From: a virus
Lineage: Duplodnaviria; Caudoviricetes
Length of the DNA: 52,450 nucleotides
IMG/VR virus record: IMGVR_UViG_3300017909_003089
Coordinates: 1-52,450 of that record
Reading direction: 5' to 3' (one strand)
The notes beneath the pieces are model-generated. The model did not search any database. It saw only the letters and a program-made list of their open reading frames with translations, and was not told the origin of the DNA. Of this stretch, positions 27,234 to 35,412 are shown one piece after another. Both the position numbers and the translations under genes were made by a program. Position 1 is the first letter of the stretch; the number at the start of each line of letters is the position of its first letter.

Positions 27234-28469
27234 TTAGTTGGGGTTATCCCAACCTTTTATAATATCTTTGCTAAAGTTGTTTGTAGAAAATTCCATTCTA
27301 TCCACAAGCTTAACAGCACCACCTTCTAATCGGTCTATTGCCACAAAGCCTTCAACGCCGGTGACCTTAAACCCATTTTTAGTTTTTACAAACGTATCAA
27401 TTTTAGATAGTTTGTTTAATTTATTTATAATAATTAATTTGCTATCGATGACTAAATTCTGCAAATCAAAGATTAATTTTAAATTTTTTATGTTTTCTTT
27501 ACTGAAAAATGATAGTAATGCATCTCTTTTTTGAATTTGAGCATCTTTACCTTTTGGGGTACTTCTTTTATCAATTTCCTTTTGGTATCTATTACTTACA
27601 AACATAACTAATCCTGTAGCATGAGATTTAGTATTTGTAATTCTTTGTCCTTCTCTGACCTTTGTATTATTATATGTATTAATGATTAAATTAAGTTCTT
27701 TATTAGATTCAATCTCTTTTAATACTCCACTAGCAATCTTTTTAAATATTTTTCCTGCATCTGATAGCTTTTTAGAAATCTCTAAGTTATCATCTCTAGT
27801 TAAAGTAGCTGTCCCTGATAAATCTCTTAATGTTGCGTCGACCATCCATACCTTTGAGCTTTTTCGTAATTTAGGAACAATCTCTTTTCCAAACTCTGCA
27901 TTCATATTTTCAAATGTTCCACCTGAATATGTTGTATGCCATACTATTCCTATTTCAGCTTTACTTATTTCTTTACCTATTTGGCTTTTAGCTGGGACTG
28001 CATAAACAATCGTATTAGGATGGAAAGTAATATGTGTTTCACCATTAATCTTTTCTTTCTTTAAATCTTTTTTCTCAAACATAAAGTCGCCCTGGATAAC
28101 ACCTTTAATTCCAAGACCTTTAAGATTATCAAATGCCATTTTTAATTTACGATTTAAATCACCAGATGTATCAGCATCAATATCTTCATGATTTTTATAT
28201 ACCTTTGGATTGGCATTAAATATACCTTTCTTTGCTACAAAGAATTTTCCATCTCTTGGATCCTCTCCAGCAAATACGGCGGGGGCACCGTCCCACTTGA
28301 CAGTAATGTCCATTGGTGCTTTTGCATTACCGCTCAACATATCCCTCATTGACCTAAGCGCTAGGATTGCCTGGCGTGCCCCCTTAACTCCACCGTCCAA
28401 GATTAAGTCCTCAATATGAGTCATATGAGTGTTCTTGGATTCGGCTAAATAGTTATTAAAATTTTTCAT
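27234..28469 (-). CDS. Conserved T4-like protein with ligase/nucleotidyltransferase-like motifs
   Basis: TVKWDGAP (KxDG), QGD, EGFV, KLVDR. Confidence 0.65.
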   Translation of the reverse strand: MKNFNNYLAESKNTHMTHIEDLILDGGVKGARQAILALRSMRDMLSGNAKAPMDITVKWDGAPAVFAGEDPRDGKFFVAKKGIFNANPKVYKNHEDIDADTSGDLNRKLKMAFDNLKGLGIKGVIQGDFMFEKKDLKKEKINGETHITFHPNTIVYAVPAKSQIGKEISKAEIGIVWHTTYSGGTFENMNAEFGKEIVPKLRKSSKVWMVDATLRDLSGTATLTRDDNLEISKKLSDAGKIFKKIASGVLKEIESNKELNLIINTYNNTKVREGQRITNTKSHATGLVMFVSNRYQKEIDKRSTPKGKDAQIQKRDALLSFFSKENIKNLKLIFDLQNLVIDSKLIIINKLNKLSKIDTFVKTKNGFKVTGVEGFVAIDRLEGGAVKLVDRMEFSTNNFSKDIIKGWDNPN

Positions 28470-29088
28470 AATCGATAAAATCCATTAATTTATTTGCAAG
28501 TAATACACCTGCGTTATAATCAGCTGGGTAATGTAACCCTGCTATTACTCTTCCATATCCACATTTATTTGCCATAGCTTCTAAGTTAGATTTATGGTTA
28601 GAATATTTTCTAGCATAATGTAATGCTACGACTAATGGTTGAACGGTATGTCCTGAAGGATAAGAAGGTGTTTTTGATGTTTCTGTTTTAAACCTTCTAA
28701 GCTCTAAATTATAGTACGCAGCAACTTGATATGGTCTTGGTCTATTAAAATGATTTTTGTAGTGTCTGACAATCGGTACACATTGATCTTCTATGTATTC
28801 AATTACAGCATTATCATATTCTAAATCATTATTATCCATATATTTTTTTATGAAATATGATGCATCAGTATCACATAATTTATATTCTTCAATTTGTTCT
28901 TCTGTCGCTGAATGACATATTTCAATTACTTTATTAACTTCTACCTTTTCCGGGGGCGGAGGGGGTAGTTGTATTGTTTGCCATCCATCTCTAAAGATTT
29001 TAATATTATTATATTTTGCAGGCTTTAGCTCATCTTGTGGTTTATAAACTAATATATCTTCATTAATAAATTGTTTTAATCTACGCAT
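28456..29088 (-). CDS. PAP2-superfamily phosphatase
   Basis: K..FNRPRP, SYPSGH, RVIAGLHY. Confidence 0.85.
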   Translation of the reverse strand: MRRLKQFINEDILVYKPQDELKPAKYNNIKIFRDGWQTIQLPPPPPEKVEVNKVIEICHSATEEQIEEYKLCDTDASYFIKKYMDNNDLEYDNAVIEYIEDQCVPIVRHYKNHFNRPRPYQVAAYYNLELRRFKTETSKTPSYPSGHTVQPLVVALHYARKYSNHKSNLEAMANKCGYGRVIAGLHYPADYNAGVLLANKLMDFIDYEKF

Positions 29089-30485
29089 TATTTCCCTGCC
29101 TTAACATATGCACTTGATTCAGCTGTAGATGAACCTGCATAGTTTACAAAATTTGTTATAAGTTCATTTAATTTGCTTCTAGGTATATTATTAATATAAT
29201 ACCCTAATAATGTAATTCCAAATTTAGCGGAAATCCAATGTCCTGGCATAGTAATTACCTTTGCTTTAAAATCTTCATAAGACATATCTTTATAAAAATA
29301 ATTATAATATTTAAAATATTCTTTTATTGCCCTTTCATCTTTTTTCTTTTCAATACCTATAGCAACTTTTTTAGCATGTTTTGATACAGGTTGTAGTTTG
29401 AATTTTTTACCATATCTCTCAAGATATCCACTCATTACTTCCCAACCTAATCCACCACCTCTGGCTTTCTTACCTTTAATTTCCGCTTTAATAGAACCAA
29501 AGTGTTTACCATCTTTAATGGTCATTTCACCACCATCATAATCAATATGACCCATCTTAGATGACCAATAGTTTCCACCTTTTGATTCTAATCTAAAGTC
29601 TTTAAACTTATAAGTTTTAAGTAGAGATTTATCAATATTGTATTCCTTAATAGGAACAGTTTTTGTCATAGGACCTTTGAGAGAAATACCTACACAACTT
29701 CTGTTTAAATAATTTTCTAGTATGTCAGCATTTAATCCTTCAACTGTAGCTGTGTTTAAACTATTAATATCAAAAGATTTATCTACCGCCCATACATCAC
29801 CAGGATTCCATTTATCATCTTTAAGTGGCTTAATGCCCATGTTAGCAAATGCTTCGTTTTTCTTTTTATATATGCCATTCATTATTTTACTATTTCTATG
29901 AATAACATGTCCTTTTTTAACATAACCTAATTTAATTAATTCTTGTGATATATTATATGAAGATAACATCCAATCATCTGGTATATCTTCTAATTCATTC
30001 CAAGTAGCATCAACATCAGCAGACTTGTAAGCATTTTTTAATATATCGTTTGTAAAAAAGTCTAATGGCTGTTTATGACCATGCTCTAGCATAGCATGTA
30101 AAAATACAGCATTATGTGATTCATAAATTTTTGTATTTAAACTACCGCCACCAGCACCACCAGTTCCACCACCAAATACTTTTGATTTTTTAAGATCATT
30201 AGTATATATGGTACCACCGTTAGTTTCTAATGGAATTCCACCTCTACCAAAATGTAAAGGATTCTTTTTAAATAGTTTTATTTTTTCTAGGGCATCGTCA
30301 ATATTGATTACGACGACTGTACCACCTTTTGCTAATTCTAAAGGTTTACTTCCACGAACTAAATCACGAAGTATATCTATTCGTTCTTCTCCAGTTTTAG
30401 AATTTTTTTCGTCTAGAACAGACGGTGTAAGCTTTGTACCTTCGCTTATTACTTGTGGTTTTGTACTAAAAGTTTTAAAGTTCAT
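29088..30485 (-). CDS. Putative PD-(D/E)XK-like nuclease
   Basis: WNPGDVW...GISLK; Gly-rich GGGTGGAGGG linker. Confidence 0.5.
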   Translation of the reverse strand: MNFKTFSTKPQVISEGTKLTPSVLDEKNSKTGEERIDILRDLVRGSKPLELAKGGTVVVINIDDALEKIKLFKKNPLHFGRGGIPLETNGGTIYTNDLKKSKVFGGGTGGAGGGSLNTKIYESHNAVFLHAMLEHGHKQPLDFFTNDILKNAYKSADVDATWNELEDIPDDWMLSSYNISQELIKLGYVKKGHVIHRNSKIMNGIYKKKNEAFANMGIKPLKDDKWNPGDVWAVDKSFDINSLNTATVEGLNADILENYLNRSCVGISLKGPMTKTVPIKEYNIDKSLLKTYKFKDFRLESKGGNYWSSKMGHIDYDGGEMTIKDGKHFGSIKAEIKGKKARGGGLGWEVMSGYLERYGKKFKLQPVSKHAKKVAIGIEKKKDERAIKEYFKYYNYFYKDMSYEDFKAKVITMPGHWISAKFGITLLGYYINNIPRSKLNELITNFVNYAGSSTAESSAYVKAGK

Positions 30486-30509
30486 AAATAGATTCCCTTG
30501 TTACTAATC

Positions 30510-30517
30510 TATTTATA
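30510..30517 (-). promoter_or_regulatory. T4-type late promoter heading the internal-protein block
   Basis: TATAAATA in the intergenic region upstream of 30485. Confidence 0.75.
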
Positions 30518-30522
30518 CTTTT

Positions 30523-30708
30523 TTAAACTTTAAAATAAGGGTTTGGTACTATATTTCCTTTATTATCAAAAGAAATAACTTTGTTATCATGAAGTACTTC
30601 AATAGTACCTTCAGCTCCTGCACGGACTCCTTCATTATGACCAATTTTATATGAGCCATAATTACTACCGATGAGACATACTAAGGAAACTAAGATAATT
30701 AAATCCAT
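30523..30708 (-). CDS. Small membrane protein
   Basis: N-terminal hydrophobic helix. Confidence 0.6.
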   Translation of the reverse strand: MDLIILVSLVCLIGSNYGSYKIGHNEGVRAGAEGTIEVLHDNKVISFDNKGNIVPNPYFKV

Positions 30709-30935
30709 TTTCTATTCAACTCCACATCGTAGCCTTTTTCTACCATTTGCTTTTGAAACAATAAAGCTTCTTGCATTTTTTCAAAAATATAATCAGCAAC
30801 AGGTAATTTCTTTTTACCTTTAGTTGCAATTACTTGGAAAGCTTGGTTCTTGGTTTCCATATCGATTAATTTATCGATTTTTGACTCAATATCATCAAGT
30901 CTTGACATAACGTCATCAAAATTATAATAACTCAT
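30699..30935 (-). CDS. Hypothetical protein
   Basis: 78-aa ORF with GAGGAG SD. Confidence 0.65.
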   Translation of the reverse strand: MSYYNFDDVMSRLDDIESKIDKLIDMETKNQAFQVIATKGKKKLPVADYIFEKMQEALLFQKQMVEKGYDVELNRKWI

Positions 30936-31099
30936 TTTAGTTTCTCCTCAACTATTTTAATTACTTTTTCTTTTTTATACCACAGTCCTGAGTAGATTGT
31001 GGTTGCACCATCTTGCCATTCGACTATATATCTTTTATATCCAAATGGTCTTTCGGAGAATATTCTTACATCTCCATAATTAGCTTCTAATAATCTCAT
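30932..31099 (-). CDS. Small hypothetical protein (55 aa)
   Basis: Hand translation MRLLEANYGDVRIFSERPFGYKRYIVEW...; ATGA overlaps at both ends. Confidence 0.65.
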   Translation of the reverse strand: MRLLEANYGDVRIFSERPFGYKRYIVEWQDGATTIYSGLWYKKEKVIKIVEEKLK

Positions 31100-31482
31100 A
31101 AGACTTTCAGCTCCTGGATAAGGGCTCTACCCCTATCAGTAAATAGGAACCCATGGCTCCATACGAAGTATTCCAAATCTCCGCCATAATCCGAAGAATC
31201 TAGAAGCCATCTTAGAGCTGACTCTCTATTACCAGCACCAGACGCCTGGACTGATAAAATGAGTGACTCGAACTCATCAGCACAAAGCTCTTCTTGAGCT
31301 TTCTCTTGCTCATACACTTCGTTAGCAATAGTGCTAAGCTTATCAAGCTCAACCTTGAGCTCTTCCACAGACATGTGGTCATAGCCACCTCTAGGTCTGG
31401 ACCCATACGCACTCTTGTGCATATCGGAAATGTATTGGAGCAATTGCTCTTGCTCTGTGAGTTCGTCCCATTCTTTAATCAT
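31096..31482 (-). CDS. Early hypothetical protein
   Basis: ISDMHKSAYGSRPR; AAGGAG SD. Confidence 0.7.
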   Translation of the reverse strand: MIKEWDELTEQEQLLQYISDMHKSAYGSRPRGGYDHMSVEELKVELDKLSTIANEVYEQEKAQEELCADEFESLILSVQASGAGNRESALRWLLDSSDYGGDLEYFVWSHGFLFTDRGRALIQELKVL

Positions 31483-31792
31483 AATATTGTTCACTCCTTT
31501 CGTAAATATATAAATCAACTCTTTCCGCATGTCTCAAAGGTAATTCTTGGTCATACGCATAATAATTTCTGCCATCTTTAACTGCAGCTTCCTTTCTAGG
31601 TCCTCTTCCATGAAGCTGAACTCTATATCTTGGAAACTTTACACCAGCTTTATTTTTCCATGGACTTTTTTCTGCATCTTTAGATGTCCTATTAATAACT
31701 TTAACAACTTCTCTAATTTTAGAAACTTCTAACATATCTCCTGCACATTTAGTCCAATATGTTCCGACATAACTTTTTGATCCTCTAGCCAT
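31475..31792 (-). CDS. Early hypothetical protein
   Basis: RYRVQLHGRGPR; GAGG SD. Confidence 0.65.
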   Translation of the reverse strand: MARGSKSYVGTYWTKCAGDMLEVSKIREVVKVINRTSKDAEKSPWKNKAGVKFPRYRVQLHGRGPRKEAAVKDGRNYYAYDQELPLRHAERVDLYIYERSEQYYD

Positions 31793-31986
31793 TATACGCA
31801 CCTCTCTTCAAATCTTTGCATTACTAATCTTTCTCTTAGCATATCCATATCAGCAAAAGCTAAGAATTCATCAAATGAATCAGCAATAGGTACTATACCT
31901 AATTCATTAACTACTGACATTGATGATAGCTCATTGACCTCTTCAGCAATCTGCTCGAGGATTTGGTCGTTTATATTGTTTGACAT
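31792..31986 (-). CDS. Early hypothetical acidic protein
   Basis: AAGGAG SD; first gene after promoter 32016-32044. Confidence 0.65.
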   Translation of the reverse strand: MSNNINDQILEQIAEEVNELSSMSVVNELGIVPIADSFDEFLAFADMDMLRERLVMQRFEERCV

Positions 31987-32015
31987 ATTTTCACTCCTTT
32001 TTAAAATATAATACC

Positions 32016-32044
32016 ATTATACTACGGTCAACAGAAAATGTAAA
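32016..32044 (-). promoter_or_regulatory. Sigma70-type early promoter
   Basis: TTTACA-17nt-TATAAT without the TGTGG extension. Confidence 0.75.
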
Positions 32045-32059
32045 TAGCTAAAATGAAAT

Positions 32060-32100
32060 TGTTACACAATTGTTACATAACTGTAACACAATTGTAACAT
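32060..32100. repeat. Four 11-bp-period repeats of TGT(T/A)ACA, Pho-box-like
   Basis: TGTTACACAAT TGTTACATAAC TGTAACACAAT TGTAACAT. Confidence 0.8.
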
Positions 32101-32106
32101 TACTCT

Positions 32107-32129
32107 AAAAGAAAGGGGCCGAAGCCCCT
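32107..32129 (-). terminator. Intrinsic terminator with UUCG tetraloop
   Basis: AGGGGC-TTCG-GCCCCT followed by TTCTTTT. Confidence 0.9.
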
Positions 32130-32152
32130 CATGAACTTACAATTGCTTAAAA

Positions 32153-32338
32153 TTAAGCAACTTCTGATTTAACAAAAGTGTAGACACCGTAAGCGAGTGC
32201 TACCCAGGCTAACCAATCAATTAGTCCACCTAATAGGATATATCCTAGGGATAAACCTATAATCACACCGCCATCCCAAGTGGTTCTTTCGTTCCATCTT
32301 GCTACGACCCATTCTTTTGCTACATTAAATAGTTCCAT
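32153..32338 (-). CDS. Small membrane protein
   Basis: ERTTWDG plus two hydrophobic helices. Confidence 0.7.
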   Translation of the reverse strand: MELFNVAKEWVVARWNERTTWDGGVIIGLSLGYILLGGLIDWLAWVALAYGVYTFVKSEVA

Positions 32339-32350
32339 AAAGTTCTCCTA

Positions 32351-33736
32351 TTATACTTTAAAGTCAGCGAAAGAGTCTGGTTGTTCTCTTTCACCGAACT
32401 TATTTATTGGTTTGTCGGGGGTCATATCAGACATAATATCTGATTGAGCCGACTCTTCCACATCATATAGTTTCATGCGGGAACGATCCACGCCAACCAC
32501 GAACCTTCGATATTTGGTTGGATCGTTATACCTATTCTTCAATTGCTTTACCAATAATTGGCCTAACTCTTCAAGTTCCTCTGTTGAAATAAGAGCAAAC
32601 ATTAAGTCAGCCGTTGCTGGTAAACCAAAAGATTCAGATGTATCCTCAAGTCCGACATCAGTGTTACTGAACCCTGACCTTGTGGTCTGAGTTGCCGATA
32701 CTATTGGAACATTGAATTCCACAGCTAAACCACGAAGTTCTTCCGCGATAGCTTTAATGTATGTATAACTATTTATACTTCCGCCCATACCTCGCATACG
32801 CGATGAAGCACAAATATTTAAATAATCTATATAAATTATGTCTGGTTTAAAGTTTTTCTTGAGTTTTAGCTCATTGAGTAGTGCTCGGAAGTGGCCTGTA
32901 TGAGCTGAACCTGTTGGATATTCTTTTACAATAAGTTTACCAATTGCACCTTTTGCTATCTTTCCAATCTTATCATCAAAGACTCTTTTAGGTAAAGATG
33001 ATAATTGTTCAATAGGTAAATTCATAAGGTTAGCATCTATTCTTTCCGCTATTCTTTCTTCAGCCATTTCCAATGTAATGTATAAAACATTCTTACCTTG
33101 CTCTAGAACTGATGAGGCGCAATGACACATAAACAAAGACTTACCCACACCAGTCCCAGCAAGAGCGATATTTAAAGTTTTATTTGGAAGACCACCTTTT
33201 GTAATTTTATTGAAGTAATCTAAATCAAAAGGTATTCTATCTTCTTTTAAATTATAAAAATCAAACCTTTCAGAAGAATTATCAATATAGTCATGACCAA
33301 TAGCTTGGTCAAAACTAACGCCAAGAGCATCTGACAATATCTCAGGTATAGCACCTTCACTTCTTTTAGTATCCTTTTTATCGATAATCTGAATAGATTC
33401 CATTATAGCATTATAGACTGCTCTTTCCCTACACCAGTTTTCAGATTCTTTAATTAAGTAATCAGTATCAACATCTGACTTTTCTTGTATTTCTTCAATT
33501 AGTCTTGATGCTTGATTTAATATTTCTTCATGTGCATTTATTTTTTTCAGCTCAAGGTCCAATACTTTTGCTGTTGGTAATTTATTATGTGCATTAACAA
33601 AACTAACTATTAAGTCAAATACTGTTCTATGAGAACCATCAAAGTATTCCTTTTTAATATAAGGAATTACTCTTCTGCAATATTCTTCGTTATTGAGAAG
33701 ATGGTTCAGTATGTGTGTCGGTAGTGTCTGATTCAA
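32351..33736 (-). CDS. gp41: Replicative DNA helicase (T4 gp41)
   Basis: AGTGVGKS Walker A, IYIDY, ATQTTRSG, KQLKNRY. Confidence 0.96.
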   Translation of the reverse strand: MNQTLPTHILNHLLNNEEYCRRVIPYIKKEYFDGSHRTVFDLIVSFVNAHNKLPTAKVLDLELKKINAHEEILNQASRLIEEIQEKSDVDTDYLIKESENWCRERAVYNAIMESIQIIDKKDTKRSEGAIPEILSDALGVSFDQAIGHDYIDNSSERFDFYNLKEDRIPFDLDYFNKITKGGLPNKTLNIALAGTGVGKSLFMCHCASSVLEQGKNVLYITLEMAEERIAERIDANLMNLPIEQLSSLPKRVFDDKIGKIAKGAIGKLIVKEYPTGSAHTGHFRALLNELKLKKNFKPDIIYIDYLNICASSRMRGMGGSINSYTYIKAIAEELRGLAVEFNVPIVSATQTTRSGFSNTDVGLEDTSESFGLPATADLMFALISTEELEELGQLLVKQLKNRYNDPTKYRRFVVGVDRSRMKLYDVEESAQSDIMSDMTPDKPINKFGEREQPDSFADFKV

Positions 33737-34040
33737 TATTATTTCCTATCTTTGCTTTATCGTTTTCTAAGTTATTTATAATGATATGTCTTAACACATC
33801 ACCCATGTAATTTTTAAAGTGTTCACTTTTCTCTAGCTCATCAACGGTATGTTCTGCTGGGTCAGCTACTTGAAATGTAAACCCTAAACTAGCCATATCT
33901 AGTTCAGGGCTTTCTTTTATTGATACTGTGCCATACATTACGATAACGTCTTTATATTCTCCAGTTTTAAATCTTACACCTTGTATAGGATGTTTAGGAT
34001 TATCTACAAAAGCGTAGTCGTTTTCAGTAATATCTGACAT
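33690..34040 (-). CDS. Hypothetical protein at the T4 gp40 position
   Basis: Lies between uvsX and gp41. Confidence 0.65.
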   Translation of the reverse strand: MSDITENDYAFVDNPKHPIQGVRFKTGEYKDVIVMYGTVSIKESPELDMASLGFTFQVADPAEHTVDELEKSEHFKNYMGDVLRHIIINNLENDKAKIGNNIESDTTDTHTEPSSQ

Positions 34041-35089
34041 TATTCTTCCTCAAGATCCAAATCAATTTCAAGTAATGGTTTGTGACCAATAGAATAATAT
34101 GTTTTAATGAATTCTTTAAAGTCAGTTTCTTTAATAATTGGATCCCAGAACTTTTTAGTTTTAGTATCTTTTTCTCTAACTTTAGTATCTTCAATCTCTC
34201 CAGTTTCTCTATCGACTCTAGCATACCAACCAACATTTGGTTTGGTTACATATCCACCAGCTAGAGCAACATCTAGTAATCCACCATAATTTGCGATACC
34301 ACCTTCCCATGTTACTTCAACTGGGATTTTAGATTTTTCTTTTACAAACCTTGATTTCTCTACATTAATTATAAATTGATAACCTGATACTTCAGTACCT
34401 TTCTTCTGCTGACGTCTTCCAATAATCCAAATGTTATCAGCTGAATAATAAATCCCTGTACCACCAGAAACAATTGATTTAGGAAATAACCCAATCTCTT
34501 GATATGTATGGTTAACAGCGAGTAAAGGGACGTTCTTCATCGTAAGATAAGGAGTGACCATTCGGAACAATCCCTTTAACGCTTTTGCTCTCGACATGTC
34601 AGCAACTGACTTTTCATTGAGAGCATCTTCCAATTCTTTCTTAGATGCTAAGTTACCAATAGAATCAATAACGATTACTACTTTGTCTCCTCTTTCAATA
34701 TTTTCTAACTGACCAACTAAATCAAACTTTAATTGCTCAACATCAGTTATAGGAGTATGTAATACTCTACTTGTGTCAATACCAAATGACTCAAAGTATT
34801 TTTGTGGTGAACCAAACTCTGAATCATAGAATAGCATAACAGCATCTTCATATTTGTTAAGATAAGCTGCGCCCATAAGTAACGCAAAACTTGTCTTAAA
34901 GTGTTTTGATGGACCAGCTAAAACAGTAAGTCCTGATGATAGCCCTCCGTCCATATCTCCTGATAACGCTACATTGACCATAGGTACATCTGTAGCAATC
35001 ATATCCTTTTCGGCGAATAGCGGAGAATCAGATAGTACATCAGTACTTTTGATTTTACTATTCTTTTTTAATTTATCCATTATAGACAT
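34040..35089 (-). CDS. uvsX: UvsX RecA-like recombinase
   Basis: AGPSKHFKT, YDSEFG, IDSIGNLASKKE. Confidence 0.96.
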   Translation of the reverse strand: MSIMDKLKKNSKIKSTDVLSDSPLFAEKDMIATDVPMVNVALSGDMDGGLSSGLTVLAGPSKHFKTSFALLMGAAYLNKYEDAVMLFYDSEFGSPQKYFESFGIDTSRVLHTPITDVEQLKFDLVGQLENIERGDKVVIVIDSIGNLASKKELEDALNEKSVADMSRAKALKGLFRMVTPYLTMKNVPLLAVNHTYQEIGLFPKSIVSGGTGIYYSADNIWIIGRRQQKKGTEVSGYQFIINVEKSRFVKEKSKIPVEVTWEGGIANYGGLLDVALAGGYVTKPNVGWYARVDRETGEIEDTKVREKDTKTKKFWDPIIKETDFKEFIKTYYSIGHKPLLEIDLDLEEE

Positions 35090-35352
35090 TATCTTCTACT
35101 CCTGCCTCTTGGGCTATTTAATTGATTTTCCATTCTCAATGCTTTGAGATGGCGACTTCTTGCTTCAGCCTTTTTTCTTTTTCTTTTGGCTGTAGGCTTT
35201 TCATAAAATTCTCTTTTACGAACTTCTTGAACTATCCCAGCTTTTTCACATTGCTTTTTGAACTTTCTTAAAGCTACATCGAAAGGCATTGGCCTTGCTG
35301 GGCGTTTATCTTTTGGATGCCTCTTACGAGGTCTTAAATCTACTGACGGCAT
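35089..35352 (-). CDS. rpsU: Ribosomal protein bS21 with basic N-terminal extension
   Basis: [32 protein letters not shown]. Confidence 0.92.
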   Translation of the reverse strand: MPSVDLRPRKRHPKDKRPARPMPFDVALRKFKKQCEKAGIVQEVRKREFYEKPTAKRKRKKAEARSRHLKALRMENQLNSPRGRSRR

Positions 35353-35383
35353 AGTCACTCCTATTTTTAAACATATATACTAT

Positions 35384-35412
35384 ATTATACCATAAATTCA
35401 TCTAGTTGTAAA
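35384..35412 (-). promoter_or_regulatory. Sigma70-type early promoter for bS21-uvsX-gp41
   Basis: TTTACA-17nt-TATAAT overlapping the end of the upstream gene. Confidence 0.8.

Noticed and set aside
31096-31482. Locally higher GC and several GAGCTC/AGCT sites
   Set aside because: Explained by Glu-Leu codon choice in one early gene; no repeat or mobile-element boundaries visible.
32060-32100. Mini-CRISPR array
   Set aside because: 11-bp period with no spacers; fits a protein-binding site array instead.
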